A stretch of DNA of 64,000 nucleotides from the NCBI GenBank assembly GCA_963702845.1, contig OY969763.1, positions 3,808,001 through 3,872,000 of the forward strand, in the 5' to 3' direction. Below the pieces are notes generated by a model. That model saw nothing but the letters and a program-made list of their open reading frames with translations. It did no database searches and was not told where the DNA came from. Source of the stretch: an uncultured Verrucomicrobiae bacterium (GTDB lineage Bacteria; Verrucomicrobiota; Verrucomicrobiia; Limisphaerales; Palsa-1400). Position 1 is the stretch's first letter. Each line of letters begins with the position of its first letter. Positions 1 to 10,766 of this stretch are shown in pieces. The position numbers and the translations under genes were made by a program.

Positions 1-1550
1 GCGGCACGCGGGCTTTCTCGCAATCCGTGCGCAGGAGGGACCGGAGCCACCGTGGTCTCCGGAAGAAATAATGTAAAGGTGCTTCCCTTGCCGGCTTCAC
101 TTTGCAAACGAATTTCGCCGCCAAGCAGCGCAGCGAGTTCGCGACTGATCGTCAGACCAAGACCGGTGCCGCCGTATTCACGGCTCGTGCTTCCATCGGC
201 CTGCTGGAACGCCTCAAAAATCAGTTTTTGTTTTTCATGCGGTATCCCAATGCCAGTGTCGGTTACCGAAAATGCGATCACACCGGGCGCGGCGTTCAGC
301 ACGGTATTCTCAGCACCCCAGCCCGATCCGACTTGTTCCGCCCGCAACGTCACCCCGCCTTGTTTGGTAAACTTTAGCGCGTTCGACAACAGGTTCTTCA
401 AAATCTGCTCGAGACGGCGTGCATCCGTCTGCATGACCCGCGGGAGGTTTGGCGCGGGTTCAACTTTCAAATCCAGATTCTTCGATTGCGCCAACAACTG
501 AAAATTACGGTCCAGGAATTCCGGCAAATCAGCCGTCAAGTAATCGCCGATTTCGATCGAAATTTTCCCGGCCTCAATTTTCGCGAGATCCAGAATGTCG
601 TTGACCAGGTGCAACAACTCCTGACCGGCGGCATGAATTACTTTTGAAAACTCCAGTTGCTTTGGTGTTAAAGTCTTCTCGCGGTTGTCCATCAATTGTC
701 GCGCCAACAGCAGCATGCTGTTCAAGGGCGTACGCAACTCGTGCGACATGTTCGCCAGGAATTCAGATTTGTATTTGGATGTCAGCGCCAATTGTTGGGC
801 TTGCTCCTGTAACGCCAACCGCGCTTGCTCGATATCCCGGTTGCGCGTCTCCATTTCAATCTTCTGCACCGCCAGCATCCGCGCCTTTTCTTCCAGTTCG
901 TCGTTGGTGTGTTTCAACCACACTTGCTGATTCTGCAGCTCACGCGTGAGGGATTCAGATTGGCGCAACAACCGCTGAGTGCGAACGTCCAGCTCCATCG
1001 ACTGCAGCACCGCCGGGAATCGCCTCGCTGCATGGTCGAGCAACCGTCGCTGGTCGTCGGAAAATGCACGTGGGGCTGTCAATGCCATCACACCTGTGAC
1101 CACGCCCGTTTGCACAATCGGCAGAATAATCCGTTGCTCGCAACCATCGTGTTTACTTACGACATTTGAAGGGGCTGCGCTACTGATGCAATGACGAAAA
1201 CGCTGTTCATCCGGTTTACTGATCTCGTCGGCATAAGCACCATGCGAGGCGGCCACGCGAAACTTTCCATTTGCCGATTCGCCTTCCGCCATAATCAACT
1301 GGGCTGCGGAAGCTTGAACGGCCAACGCCAATTCGGAAAAAATATACTGACCGAACACTTCATTGGCCTCTTTCGCCGCAAACATTCTGTCGAACCGCAC
1401 GAGATTTTCTTGGAGCCATCCGTTGCCCAGACCGTCCTTGCGACGCAACGGTTCTGTGCGGCCGTTCGAATGATTGGCGGTGGCAGAACGCGACATTCCA
1501 CCCGGCGTTTTGGCGGGTAACTTGGAATGTTTCTTAACGGTAGTTTTCAA
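1..1550 (-). CDS. GAF-HisKA-HATPase sensor histidine kinase (partial, 3' end runs off window)
   Basis: Manually translated minus frame from TTG at 1550 is open to the window edge. It contains H-box FLANMSHELRTPLN, N-box NLLSNALKFT, G1 DTGIGI and G2 YGGTGLGL. Absent from the ORF track, probably because it has no stop in the window. Confidence 0.88.
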   Translation of the reverse strand, partial: MKTTVKKHSKLPAKTPGGMSRSATANHSNGRTEPLRRKDGLGNGWLQENLVRFDRMFAAKEANEVFGQYIFSELALAVQASAAQLIMAEGESANGKFRVAASHGAYADEISKPDEQRFRHCISSAAPSNVVSKHDGCEQRIILPIVQTGVVTGVMALTAPRAFSDDQRRLLDHAARRFPAVLQSMELDVRTQRLLRQSESLTRELQNQQVWLKHTNDELEEKARMLAVQKIEMETRNRDIEQARLALQEQAQQLALTSKYKSEFLANMSHELRTPLNSMLLLARQLMDNREKTLTPKQLEFSKVIHAAGQELLHLVNDILDLAKIEAGKISIEIGDYLTADLPEFLDRNFQLLAQSKNLDLKVEPAPNLPRVMQTDARRLEQILKNLLSNALKFTKQGGVTLRAEQVGSGWGAENTVLNAAPGVIAFSVTDTGIGIPHEKQKLIFEAFQQADGSTSREYGGTGLGLTISRELAALLGGEIRLQSEAGKGSTFTLFLPETTVAPVPPAHGLRESPRA

Positions 1551-1743
1551 CGCCAGTTGCGACAGGGCTAGGATTGTACGCGCCAATTCTACAATCAGGC
1601 ACCCCTGTTTGTCGCTAAGCAACTGCCCGTGCGTGTCCCTCAGCTATTCCCCGAAGGCGTTGCGAGTGAAAGCATTTGAACCAACAGGCTTGGAAAGGAC
1701 TTGCGCAAACTGCCGTTGGTCTATACGTTTTCTCGCTCTGGGT

Positions 1744-1820
1744 GCACCCATAGCTCAATTGGATAGAGCATCTGACTACGGATCAGAAGGTTAATGGTTC
1801 AACTCCATTTGGGTGCACCA
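1744..1820 (+). tRNA. tRNA-Arg (ACG)
   Basis: GCACCCA acceptor stem, D-arm TAGCTCAATTGGATAGAGC, anticodon arm TCTGA-CTACGGA-TCAGA, T-loop TTCAACT, encoded CCA. Confidence 0.96.
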
Positions 1821-1821
1821 T

Positions 1822-3081
1822 TTATTTTGTCACGGGCTCTTTAAGTTCACCTTCCCACCGCGCCATCACCGCTGATGCCAGGCAGTTACCGACTAAATTG
1901 GTGCTCGTGCGCGCCATGTCCATGACGGTGTCGACTCCCAGAATTACTGCTACACCTTCCAATGGCAGCCCGAACGTCACGAGGGTGCCGGACAGGATCA
2001 CCAAAGATGCCCGCGGGACAGCGGCAACGCCTTTGCTCGTCAGCATTAATGTCAGCATCATTGCCAGTTGGTTCGGGATAGTCAGCGCCACTCCAGCGGC
2101 TTGAGCGACGAAGATAGATGCGACGGCTAGATACAGCGTGCTTCCGTCAAGGTTGAAGGAATAGCCAGTCGGCAAAACGAAGGAAACAATTCGCCGCGGC
2201 ACCCCAAATTCGATCATCCGTTCGAGAGCTAGTGGCAAGGCGGCGTCCGATGAGGTTGTCGAAAAGGCAATCAGCGCGGGGTCTTTGACTGTTCGGCAAA
2301 ATCGCAGGATTGGAATCCTCGCAATCAACGCCACTGGGACCAATACGATAATGACGAATACGAACAATGCTCCGTAGAGTGTCAGGACAAGTTTGAGCAA
2401 CGGTTTCAGGACATCGATACCCGATCTGCTTACCGTGATGGCCATAGCGGCGGCGATGCCGAACGGTGCGAACTTCATCACGAGGTCGGTGAATTTGAAC
2501 ATCACCTCCGAGACCGCTTCGAAAAAGCCGACGACCGTTTGTTTCGACTTGGCGTTTACCCGCGTCAGAGCGACTGCGAAAAGAATCGCGAAAACGACTA
2601 CCTGCAATACGTCGTTGGCGGCCGCGCTTTCGAACAAGCTGCGAGGAAACGCGTGTTCGAGAATGGCCGATGCCGTCATCTTTTGCTGACTGGCATCAAC
2701 CGTATCAGCGCCTCCTTTTAAGACGATACCGACTCCGGGCTTCGCCCAATTCACAGCAACGAGCCCGATTACCAGCGCTATCGTGGTGACGATTTCAAAA
2801 TAGATGATCGATTTCAGCGCGAGCCGGCCCACTGCTTTTAAATCGCTGGTGTGTCCCGCGATACCGACAATCAACGTGCTAAAGAGCAACGGCACGATAA
2901 TGCATTTGATCAACCGCAGGAAAATATTCGAGACAACCTGAAGCTGCTGCGCTTGATGCGGAAATCGCCAGCCGAACCAAATGCCGACGACAACCGAAAT
3001 CAGCATCCATTGCGTCAAGCTGATGCGCCGCCACCAGGATTGTGCAGAGGTTGTGTTCGATGCGGCCATTGTTGCATTCAT
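1822..3081 (-). CDS. Dicarboxylate/amino acid:cation symporter (DAACS; GltP/DctA family)
   Basis: Motifs AFSTTSSDAALP, LPTGYSFNLDGS, TSKGVAAVP, DMARTSTN; multiple TM segments. Start is uncertain (3081 or 3069). Confidence 0.92.
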   Translation of the reverse strand: MNATMAASNTTSAQSWWRRISLTQWMLISVVVGIWFGWRFPHQAQQLQVVSNIFLRLIKCIIVPLLFSTLIVGIAGHTSDLKAVGRLALKSIIYFEIVTTIALVIGLVAVNWAKPGVGIVLKGGADTVDASQQKMTASAILEHAFPRSLFESAAANDVLQVVVFAILFAVALTRVNAKSKQTVVGFFEAVSEVMFKFTDLVMKFAPFGIAAAMAITVSRSGIDVLKPLLKLVLTLYGALFVFVIIVLVPVALIARIPILRFCRTVKDPALIAFSTTSSDAALPLALERMIEFGVPRRIVSFVLPTGYSFNLDGSTLYLAVASIFVAQAAGVALTIPNQLAMMLTLMLTSKGVAAVPRASLVILSGTLVTFGLPLEGVAVILGVDTVMDMARTSTNLVGNCLASAVMARWEGELKEPVTK

Positions 3082-3173
3082 CGGGTTCGGGATGCGATGG
3101 CCCAATACTAAACAGCGCACTCGCTGGTCGTAAATCCATTAACGCAGCGAATTGTTGCACGGTCGAAGACGAC

Positions 3174-3692
3174 CTATTTCTTACCCTGCTTGAGCGATGC
3201 CGTGAGCTTCTTGCCTCGCCCGCGCGATTCGGCGGCGAGCTCGTCCATAAATTTTTTCATCTGCTTCAGGAGCTTCGCGTCCGATGTCGCTAAAATCCGC
3301 ACTGCCAGTAACCCCGCATTGCGGCCACCGCCGATGGCAGTCGTCGCCACCGGAACTCCACCAGGCATTTGGGCAATCGATAATAACGAGTCCAGCCCCT
3401 TTAAACTTTTGCTCTCCACCGGCACGCCGATCACCGGCAATGGCGTCAGACTTGCGACCATCCCGGGCAAATGCGCCGCGCCGCCGGCTCCGGCAATGAT
3501 CACACGCAAACCACGCGCCTCGGCCGTTTTGGCGTATTGCACCATGTCTTCGGGCGTGCGATGAGCCGAGACGACACACGCTTCAAACGGAACTCCGAAA
3601 TCGCGGCAAACATTCGCGGCAGCTTCCAACGTGGGCCAGTCGGAATCGCTGCCCATGATAATTCCAACAACAGGTTTGGTTTCAGATTTCAT
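3174..3692 (-). CDS. purE: N5-carboxyaminoimidazole ribonucleotide mutase
   Basis: [40 protein letters not shown] motifs; overlaps the purK stop by 4 nt. Confidence 0.97.
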   Translation of the reverse strand: MKSETKPVVGIIMGSDSDWPTLEAAANVCRDFGVPFEACVVSAHRTPEDMVQYAKTAEARGLRVIIAGAGGAAHLPGMVASLTPLPVIGVPVESKSLKGLDSLLSIAQMPGGVPVATTAIGGGRNAGLLAVRILATSDAKLLKQMKKFMDELAAESRGRGKKLTASLKQGKK

Positions 3693-4888
3693 GTCGTCGA
3701 TCCGAAAAAGATTTTGCTGGCCGCGCTCTGCGCAGTCGCTTCCGCTTGCGCGACGTCAGAACCAAGCGCCGTGACATGCCCCATCTTGCGTCCGCGCGCG
3801 CTCATCGCTTTACCGTAAATGTGAATGTGAGCTCCGGTGACTTGCAAAGCATTTTCCATCCCAAGAGGCGCACCCGAACCCTGGCTCGCGCCGAGCAAAT
3901 TCACCATCACCGCCGCCGGCGTGACCATTTCCGTCGTGCCCAAGGGCCAACCGAACAAAGCGCGCACATGATTTTCAAATTGCGAGCACACGCATCCTTC
4001 AATGGTGTAATGGCCGGAGTTGTGAACGCGGGGTGCAAGTTCGTTGATCATGACGTCGTCGTCCTCGGTGACAAACAGTTCAATACCGAAACTGCCGACG
4101 CCCTGAATCGCTTCGATGGCCGCTCGCGCCATGTGATGCGCTTTTTCCTCCGCTTTGGGCGACACAGCCGCGGGCGCGCGCACGATGTGACAAATATGAT
4201 CGCGCTGTACCGTTTCAACGACTGGATAAACCACCATTGCCCCATCGTGCGCACGGGTAATGATCACCGCGAGTTCCGCGCGATAATTGCAGAACGCTTC
4301 GGCATAAAGTCCATTGTGATCACCGTTGAGCGCCTTCCACGCTTCGGCAATGTCTGCCTCTGATTTAACAGTGAAATTACCTTTGCCATCGTAGCCGTTG
4401 CGCCGCGCTTTCAACACGAGGGGTAAACCAAATTCACGACTTACCTCAGCAAGGTGTTGCTGATTTTCGACAGCAATAAACCGCGTCGTCGCCAACCCGG
4501 CGTCCTGTAGGCATTGCTTCTGGATCAATTTATCCTGAACAAGGCGTAACGTGGCCGTGCTCGGGAAAAGTTGGTGTCCGGATTTCTCGATCGCCGAAAG
4601 CGAATCGGTGTTGATGAATTCGTTCTCGATGGAAACAACGTCCACTTGCGAGGCCAGTTTCAGTAACGCGTCCGGATTATTCCAATCACCTACCAGACAA
4701 CGCGTAGCCACCTGGGCTGCCGGGCTGTGATCGTTGCGTTCAAGCACAATCACATCGCAACCAAGGCGCAACGCCGCCACGGCTGTCATTCTAGCCAATT
4801 GACCACCGCCGATAATTCCAAGACGCGGCGCGACGCGCGCGCTGGAGACCGGTTTAACTTGGCTCTTTTGAGTCTTTAACGCTTCCAT
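3689..4888 (-). CDS. purK: N5-carboxyaminoimidazole ribonucleotide synthase
   Basis: [35 protein letters not shown] motifs (ATP-grasp); adjacent to purE. Start taken at ATG 4888. Confidence 0.95.
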   Translation of the reverse strand: MEALKTQKSQVKPVSSARVAPRLGIIGGGQLARMTAVAALRLGCDVIVLERNDHSPAAQVATRCLVGDWNNPDALLKLASQVDVVSIENEFINTDSLSAIEKSGHQLFPSTATLRLVQDKLIQKQCLQDAGLATTRFIAVENQQHLAEVSREFGLPLVLKARRNGYDGKGNFTVKSEADIAEAWKALNGDHNGLYAEAFCNYRAELAVIITRAHDGAMVVYPVVETVQRDHICHIVRAPAAVSPKAEEKAHHMARAAIEAIQGVGSFGIELFVTEDDDVMINELAPRVHNSGHYTIEGCVCSQFENHVRALFGWPLGTTEMVTPAAVMVNLLGASQGSGAPLGMENALQVTGAHIHIYGKAMSARGRKMGHVTALGSDVAQAEATAQSAASKIFFGSTT

Positions 4889-5083
4889 CGACAATTGAAT
4901 TTTAAAATCAATGATGTCGCGCTGCATGTCACGCCACAAAAGCGTCGCCCATAAATCGCGTCATCGGAATCCTGACTCGAAGGAGTCAGTAACGGCTATC
5001 ATTTGCAGACCTGCAACAAAGTGCAAACACAGAGTTGCTGAAGTGTAGATGGTTGGCTCGGTCGTCGGCTCGCGCCGAAACCA

Positions 5084-5755
5084 TTAGCGCCTGCCACCAA
5101 AATGTCCGCCGTGGCCGTAGCCCCGGTAGTAACCACCGTCTCCAAAACCAACGCCGACACCCACCCCAACCGAAATGGCCGAGTGCCCGAAGTGGCCGGC
5201 TTCCGAGTTGTCGAAGGTCTCGTAATAATTTGGGTAAGCTGAATAGTCGGGATACACGATTGATGTCGTAGCTTTAGTCTCTTCAACCGCCGCCGCACGT
5301 TCCTGAACTATCGGGCGCGGAGTAACGACAAGCTGAGCAATGGTGGCCGATGCCGGAGTTGCTGCGAGTGCCGTGAAACGGTCGTCCTCATTTCTGACCG
5401 CCATAGCTTTTTGTCGCTCCGCATCCGTTTCCATCATTTCGGTAATCACGTTCGCAGAGATACCGATTTGTTTGAGATAAACGATGTCCTCTGCGCTTAA
5501 TTTGTAATCCAACTCCGAATACTTCACGTAAAAGTGAAGAACGCTGTCCTTCTTACCGGTGCGAAACAGTTTAACGACATCACTCGCGCCCTTGGAAAGA
5601 TCGGCTGGCGCGACAGGTTCAGCGGGGGTTGTTTGAGCCGGCGCAGGAGCATTAGCAACCGCAGTGTTGGTTTGTGCCTGGACGGAAGTCTCAGTGCCAA
5701 GCAGCAATGTAAAACCGGCACTCATCAGTAAGGCGAAAGGACTGGCAATTCTCAT
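5084..5755 (-). CDS. Hypothetical secreted protein with Gly/Tyr-rich C-terminus
   Basis: Signal peptide ending VQA, Pro/Ala linker, small helical domain, low-complexity tail GVGVGVGFGDGGYYRGYGHGGH. Confidence 0.7.
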   Translation of the reverse strand: MRIASPFALLMSAGFTLLLGTETSVQAQTNTAVANAPAPAQTTPAEPVAPADLSKGASDVVKLFRTGKKDSVLHFYVKYSELDYKLSAEDIVYLKQIGISANVITEMMETDAERQKAMAVRNEDDRFTALAATPASATIAQLVVTPRPIVQERAAAVEETKATTSIVYPDYSAYPNYYETFDNSEAGHFGHSAISVGVGVGVGFGDGGYYRGYGHGGHFGGRR

Positions 5756-5844
5756 ACGCTAACGCTGTTTTAGATCGCCCCTGCTGCCTGTTTCGATCTT
5801 CAACTACTTTACACGACACAGGCTCAGCTATCAACTATGCAGAA

Positions 5845-6675
5845 CTACTGCGGCACCGGCGCATGATCCTCATCCGTCCCGCGAAACCAACTTCGCATGA
5901 AATCCCGCCGCGTCACCCACGTGGCATGCCCATCGCAAAACGCCACATTCGACCCATCTGCGCCGTGATTATCGCCATCATCCGGATAATCGTTATTGGG
6001 CCGGCTCGGGTCCAAAATCCCCGGTTCATCCGCATCATAAACAATCCACATATCAGCAGCGCCGCCGGCTTGCCCGTGAAAGTCATATTGCGGAAACACA
6101 TTGTTCGTCAGTTGATATGCATAGCCGGCGATCGTCGTCGAAGTCTTGCGTGTATTGTTCAAGCCCTTCGCCCAAGCACCATTCAACCATCCGGCCACTT
6201 CATAGCTGGTCCCGCCTGACATCCCATTGCGCCCGCCCGGCGCGACCTGCTGCAAATCCGAAACGTAAGTAGAGCTTCCATGCAGCCGTTCACTATAAGT
6301 CAGCCCCGTCCAATTCTCGGCTGCACTGACCGGATCGCCCCCCAATGGCAAACGCTTTTCGTCGATGTGATTTAGTGTCGACGGGCAGATGGAACTTTTC
6401 AGGTTCGGGATATAAACAGGAAACATCCAATTCAAATCGTCCTCTTTGAAATTCGCGACACCCGAACACGCATGCTTCACGTCCTCATCCGCGTAATTCT
6501 GGCTGCCGATCGCCATCTGCTTTTCGTTATTAAGACACGAAGTGCGTAGCGCCTTTTGCTTGGCCCTGCCGAGCGTCGGCAACAGCAACGACGCCAGAAT
6601 CGCGATTATTGCAATCACCACCAACAATTCGATCAACGTAAATGCTCCTGCGCGACGCGTTTTTGTAGAACCCAT
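5845..6675 (-). CDS. Prepilin-type N-terminal methylation domain protein (DUF1559 / H-X9-DG-like C-terminus)
   Basis: [25 protein letters not shown], then C-x-NN-x-KQ, and C-terminal [15 protein letters not shown]. Start re-set to ATG 6675, just after the upstream gene's stop. Confidence 0.9.
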   Translation of the reverse strand: MGSTKTRRAGAFTLIELLVVIAIIAILASLLLPTLGRAKQKALRTSCLNNEKQMAIGSQNYADEDVKHACSGVANFKEDDLNWMFPVYIPNLKSSICPSTLNHIDEKRLPLGGDPVSAAENWTGLTYSERLHGSSTYVSDLQQVAPGGRNGMSGGTSYEVAGWLNGAWAKGLNNTRKTSTTIAGYAYQLTNNVFPQYDFHGQAGGAADMWIVYDADEPGILDPSRPNNDYPDDGDNHGADGSNVAFCDGHATWVTRRDFMRSWFRGTDEDHAPVPQ

Positions 6676-6676
6676 A

Positions 6677-7048
6677 TCAGTATTGCGTTTTATAAATGTA
6701 AATGCCTTCAAACGCGGTCTTCTCGACCCAAACACCTTGAGTCGACGGCTTGCGGTCGGCGTCACGATAAATGTGATACCCAACCGAATATCTTCCCTGT
6801 TCATGTGCCAGGAGAATCTTAATATTGTCCAATTCCTTCATAACCGAGATTGGTTTCAGCGCCTTGATCGAAGCTGGCCATTGCGATTTCGGCACATCGC
6901 CAACCGGAACGGCGTCCTCCAGCATCTTCACAGCATCGGAACGCAATTTCGCGGGATCTTTCAATGGCGCCACCGCTTCTTTGTGACAAGCCGACAAGAA
7001 AAATGCACAGAGCAAAACTACGATAGCAAACGGTCCACTCCTCCTCAT
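6677..7048 (-). CDS. Putative lipoprotein
   Basis: [21 protein letters not shown] lipobox (LSAC); stop lies 1 nt before the prepilin-like ATG. Confidence 0.7.
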   Translation of the reverse strand: MRRSGPFAIVVLLCAFFLSACHKEAVAPLKDPAKLRSDAVKMLEDAVPVGDVPKSQWPASIKALKPISVMKELDNIKILLAHEQGRYSVGYHIYRDADRKPSTQGVWVEKTAFEGIYIYKTQY

Positions 7049-7366
7049 TTTTTTGGTTCTTAAATTATCCACCGGCCCACCTTTCAAGCGTAATGCTGAG
7101 ATGAACCTTCACGTCTGTCAACAATCCAACACCAGCATCGCCTGATGGTTGCTCAGATTCTCCGACGTTAGGCATTCAATTAAATACATGTCCGCCGAAA
7201 TGAAAATCGTACATTAATTTTTCAAAACGGCTCGCCACGAAAACAGCCCCAGACCGAACCCTGCCCGAAAAACTCCGCAATCAACAACCATCACAATTAG
7301 ACTCCCGACCGACAGTTTTCCTTTGAAAAAAGTTTCCGCCGTGTAAACCTCGCCCCTTACGACCTG

Positions 7367-9486
7367 ATGAGCACTCGAATCCACATCCTGTTCACCTTCG
7401 TGCTCCTTGCTGTTCAACTCCAAGCGCAAACGCTCCGCCCGCCGTCCGTCCCGCTCGTCGCATGCGATCCTTATTTCAGCATCTGGTCGCCGGCCGGACA
7501 AATTGACCGATGCCGACACCGTCCACTGGACTGGCAAACCACATCGCCTCACCAGCCTCGTTCGCATCGATGGCAAACCTTTCCGTATTGATGGGCAAAG
7601 AACCATCCGACCGTTTCGGCGTTGCTGCAAACCGGCTGGAAGTCTTGCCTACGCGCACGATTTACACATTCGAAAGCGAAGGCTTGAGCTATGACGCTCA
7701 CGTTCATGACGGCTGCACTGCCAGATGATCTGATGATCTACTCGCGTCCGGTCACTTACGTGACATGGACAGCCCAATCGATCGATAACAAAGAACACAA
7801 GGTCGCTCCATACCTCGATGCGTCCGCCGAAATCACCGGCAACACTGGCAAAGAAATAGTCGCATTGTCGACCAGAGCCAATGCCGATGGCCTTACTGTT
7901 TTAAAGGTCGGCACAAAAGAACAACCGATGCTGGCGAAAAAGGAGACAATATCCGCATCGATTGGGGGCATCTTTACGTTGCCGCCCCGCAGTCGGAAGT
8001 GTAATTTCGCGAATCATGGCGACGACAAGCTCAATACGGTCGCGAAGTTTCGGGCGGCCGCATGCAATTCGAATGCCGACACTGGCTGAAGGCCCCGCCG
8101 ACACCCTCGCTCGCCACCATCGACTTCCCGCCCTTCAAAGTCGGGTGCTAAACCCGTCTCCCGCTGGCTCATGCTCGCCTACGATGACGAATACTCGATC
8201 CAATATTTCAAAAAAATCTCCGCCCCTACTGGCGACGGAATGGCGATGACGCGAACGCACTCCTCCGCAAATCCGCCGCCGATTACGGACTCACTCTAAA
8301 GCGTTGCACGAAATTCGATAACGATTTAATGGCCGCACTCACCAAAGCCGGCGGTGCGCAATATGCCAAAATTTGCGCGCTCGCCTATCGCCAATGTTAC
8401 GCCGCCAACAAAGTTGTCGCCGACGAAAATGGCCAACCGCTCATGTTCCCCAAAGAAAATTTCTCCAACGGCTGCATCGGCACCGTCGACGTTATCTATC
8501 CAATGGCCCCGCAATTCCTTTTCTTCAGCCCCTCGCTCACCAAGGCCATGCTCGTGCCTATCCTCGACTACGCCGCGTCACCGCGCTGGCGTTGGCCCTT
8601 CGCTCCGCACGACCTCGGCACCTACCCGCTCGCCAATGGTCAAGTTTACGGCGGCGGCGAGCGTACTGAAGAAAACCAAATGCCCGTCGAAGAAACGGGC
8701 AACATGCTCATCATGCTCGCCGCGCTCGCCCAAGTCGAAGGCAACGCCGATTTCTGTGGCAAATACTGGCCCATGCTGGACAAATGGGCTGATTATCTGA
8801 AGGCAAAAGGGTTTGATCCCGAAAACCAACTTTGCACTGATGACTTCGCCGGTCACCTCGCGCACAACGTCAACCTGTCCGCCAAAGCCATCTGCGGCCT
8901 CGGCGCGTACGCTCGCCTCTGCGAAATGCGTGGCCAAAAAGAAAAAGCGCGCGACCTCATGCAACTGGCGCACGAATTCGCCGATCGCTGGACCAAAGAG
9001 GCTGACGATGGCGACCACTTCCGCCTCGCTTTCGACAAACCCGGCACGTGGAGTCAAAAATACAACTTGGTCTGGGACAAAATCCTCAACCTCCACCTCT
9101 TCCCAGCCGAGACCTTGCGCAAAGAAATGGACTTTTACAAAACCAAATTAAACACCTACGGCCTCCCGCTCGACATCCGCAAAGATTACACAAAAACCGA
9201 CTGGACCCTCTGGACCGCAACGCTGACGCAAGGCCGTTCCGACTTCGACACCCTAGTCAATCCCGTCTACAAATTCCTGAACGAAAGCCCGAGTCGCGTC
9301 CCATTGACCGACTGGTATAACACGAAGACCGGCAAAATGGTTGGATTCCAGGCCCGCTCCGTCGTCGGCGGCGTCTACCTCCAAATGCTCTACGACCAAC
9401 CCACCTGGAAAAAATGGTCACATCACGATAAAACCAAACTCCACCAATACGCTCCCCTACCCAGCGCACAAAAGATCGCCAATTAG
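7367..9486 (+). pseudogene. GtaA/glutaminase-A-like (DUF5127/DUF4965) six-hairpin glycosidase-like protein, frameshifted in its 5' half
   Basis: Signal peptide and RPPSVPLVACDPYFSIWS start; homologous-looking segments hop frames between about 7495 and 8215. The intact C-terminal part has KENFSNGCIGTVDV, APHDLGTYP, MPVEETGNM, CTDDFAG, WSQKYNLVWD, FQARSVVGG. Confidence 0.8.
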
Positions 9487-10550
9487 TTTTGGACGGAACG
9501 CAAATTTTGCGCGACGAATTTCTCGATCGCATCAGTCGCGAGTTGATGGGCGTATTCGTTTGGATGCGCGTCGAAGCGGTTTACGGTTAATTTCGTGGGC
9601 GCTTCGTTGCTGTAGACGGAGAGCAAATCCAGATGCTGCACGTTCTCAGCTTTCCAAAACTCATCCAACTGTTTGTGGACCGCCCCGTACGGATAGTTTG
9701 GTCCGACCGCATTCACAAATGGGAACGTAACAACCGTCAATTTACCTCCATGCGACTGGATCAGGTCGCGCAATTCGCGCAATAGTTTAGTTTCTTTGTC
9801 CCAAACTTCTCCGCGAAATCCGTCGCCAATAAAGCCGTAATAATTCTTCGTGTACGGATTCCGCATGATCTGCCAGTGCGAATAGAGGAAATTGACGAAA
9901 TAACTGTTTTGGATCAGCCAGCCACTGTGGCGAATGTCCTCTTCAGCACTTCTCACCGAATCCATCCAGTGCGGCATCAAATCGGAAACATCGTTGAGAC
10001 AAAAGACCAGGACTACATTGTCGAACTGATAGTTTTGGGCAACCTCGTATTTGAGGAAATCCAATTCCGAGTCGGTGTCCCAGCCGAGGTCGGCTAGCAT
10101 GTGAATTTCCCAGTCGGGCCGACGAGAACGAATCCGGTTCACGAACCTGTCCTCGATGTTTTTGATGCCCTGTCCGGCGGTAAACGAATCGCCTAAAAAA
10201 CTAACGCGCCGTTTTCCCGGTCCGACCGGCTGGTAATAATTGACATTGTCCCTGCAACCGAGCCCGTTCCTGGTGTTCCAATAGCGTGAAAACCAACGCC
10301 GGCTCACTCGCGAAAAGTTGATGGAATCGGTCGTGTCCTGAAAGAAGCGGAAGTATACTTCTCCTGACAACAAACCCAACGACAGTAAAAAAACCAAGAC
10401 GGCGGAATTCCCGAGAACAAGCGAAGCCCAACTGGTTTTTCTTTTTTTCTTCGACACGCGCTTTTGATTGCGGCGTGTCAGCACGAACAATAGAAACCCC
10501 ATCAATACCGGTGTGGTCGCGAATAAAACGAGCACGGTATTCTCGCCCAT
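9483..10550 (-). CDS. Membrane-anchored SGNH/GDSL-family protein
   Basis: Two N-terminal TM segments; block I GDSFTAG, block II LG, block III CLND, block V DAHPN. Confidence 0.85.
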   Translation of the reverse strand: MGENTVLVLFATTPVLMGFLLFVLTRRNQKRVSKKKRKTSWASLVLGNSAVLVFLLSLGLLSGEVYFRFFQDTTDSINFSRVSRRWFSRYWNTRNGLGCRDNVNYYQPVGPGKRRVSFLGDSFTAGQGIKNIEDRFVNRIRSRRPDWEIHMLADLGWDTDSELDFLKYEVAQNYQFDNVVLVFCLNDVSDLMPHWMDSVRSAEEDIRHSGWLIQNSYFVNFLYSHWQIMRNPYTKNYYGFIGDGFRGEVWDKETKLLRELRDLIQSHGGKLTVVTFPFVNAVGPNYPYGAVHKQLDEFWKAENVQHLDLLSVYSNEAPTKLTVNRFDAHPNEYAHQLATDAIEKFVAQNLRSVQN

Positions 10551-10553
10551 AAA

Positions 10554-10754
10554 TTAAAAGAGCGAGTAAACAAACGGCGCAAACCCAGTTCCGGAAAGAA
10601 ACACCAGCAAACCCAAAATCAGCAGGCAGATCACGACGGGCAACAGCCACCACTTCTTATTCGCGCTTAAAAACCCAAAGAACTCCCTCACGATTCCGTG
10701 CTTGTCGACTTCCTGCGCTGCTTTCTCAAATTCGTTCAGTTCGGGGGCTTTCAT
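10554..10754 (-). CDS. DUF5989/SxtK-like small single-TM protein
   Basis: 66 aa: REFFGFL..NKKWWLLPVV, hydrophobic helix, C-terminal APFVYSLF; packed between the sxtJ-like and SGNH genes. Confidence 0.85.
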   Translation of the reverse strand: MKAPELNEFEKAAQEVDKHGIVREFFGFLSANKKWWLLPVVICLLILGLLVFLSGTGFAPFVYSLF

Positions 10755-10766
10755 ACATTTCAACTT

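Noticed and set aside
1744..1820. tRNA-anchored genomic island
   Set aside because: No integrase, and I found no duplicated tRNA 3' end in the window by eye.
4890..5083. Purine-related riboswitch upstream of purK
   Set aside because: Only a short hairpin (CTGACTC-gaag-GAGTCAG); no recognisable aptamer consensus. An Rfam scan would settle it.
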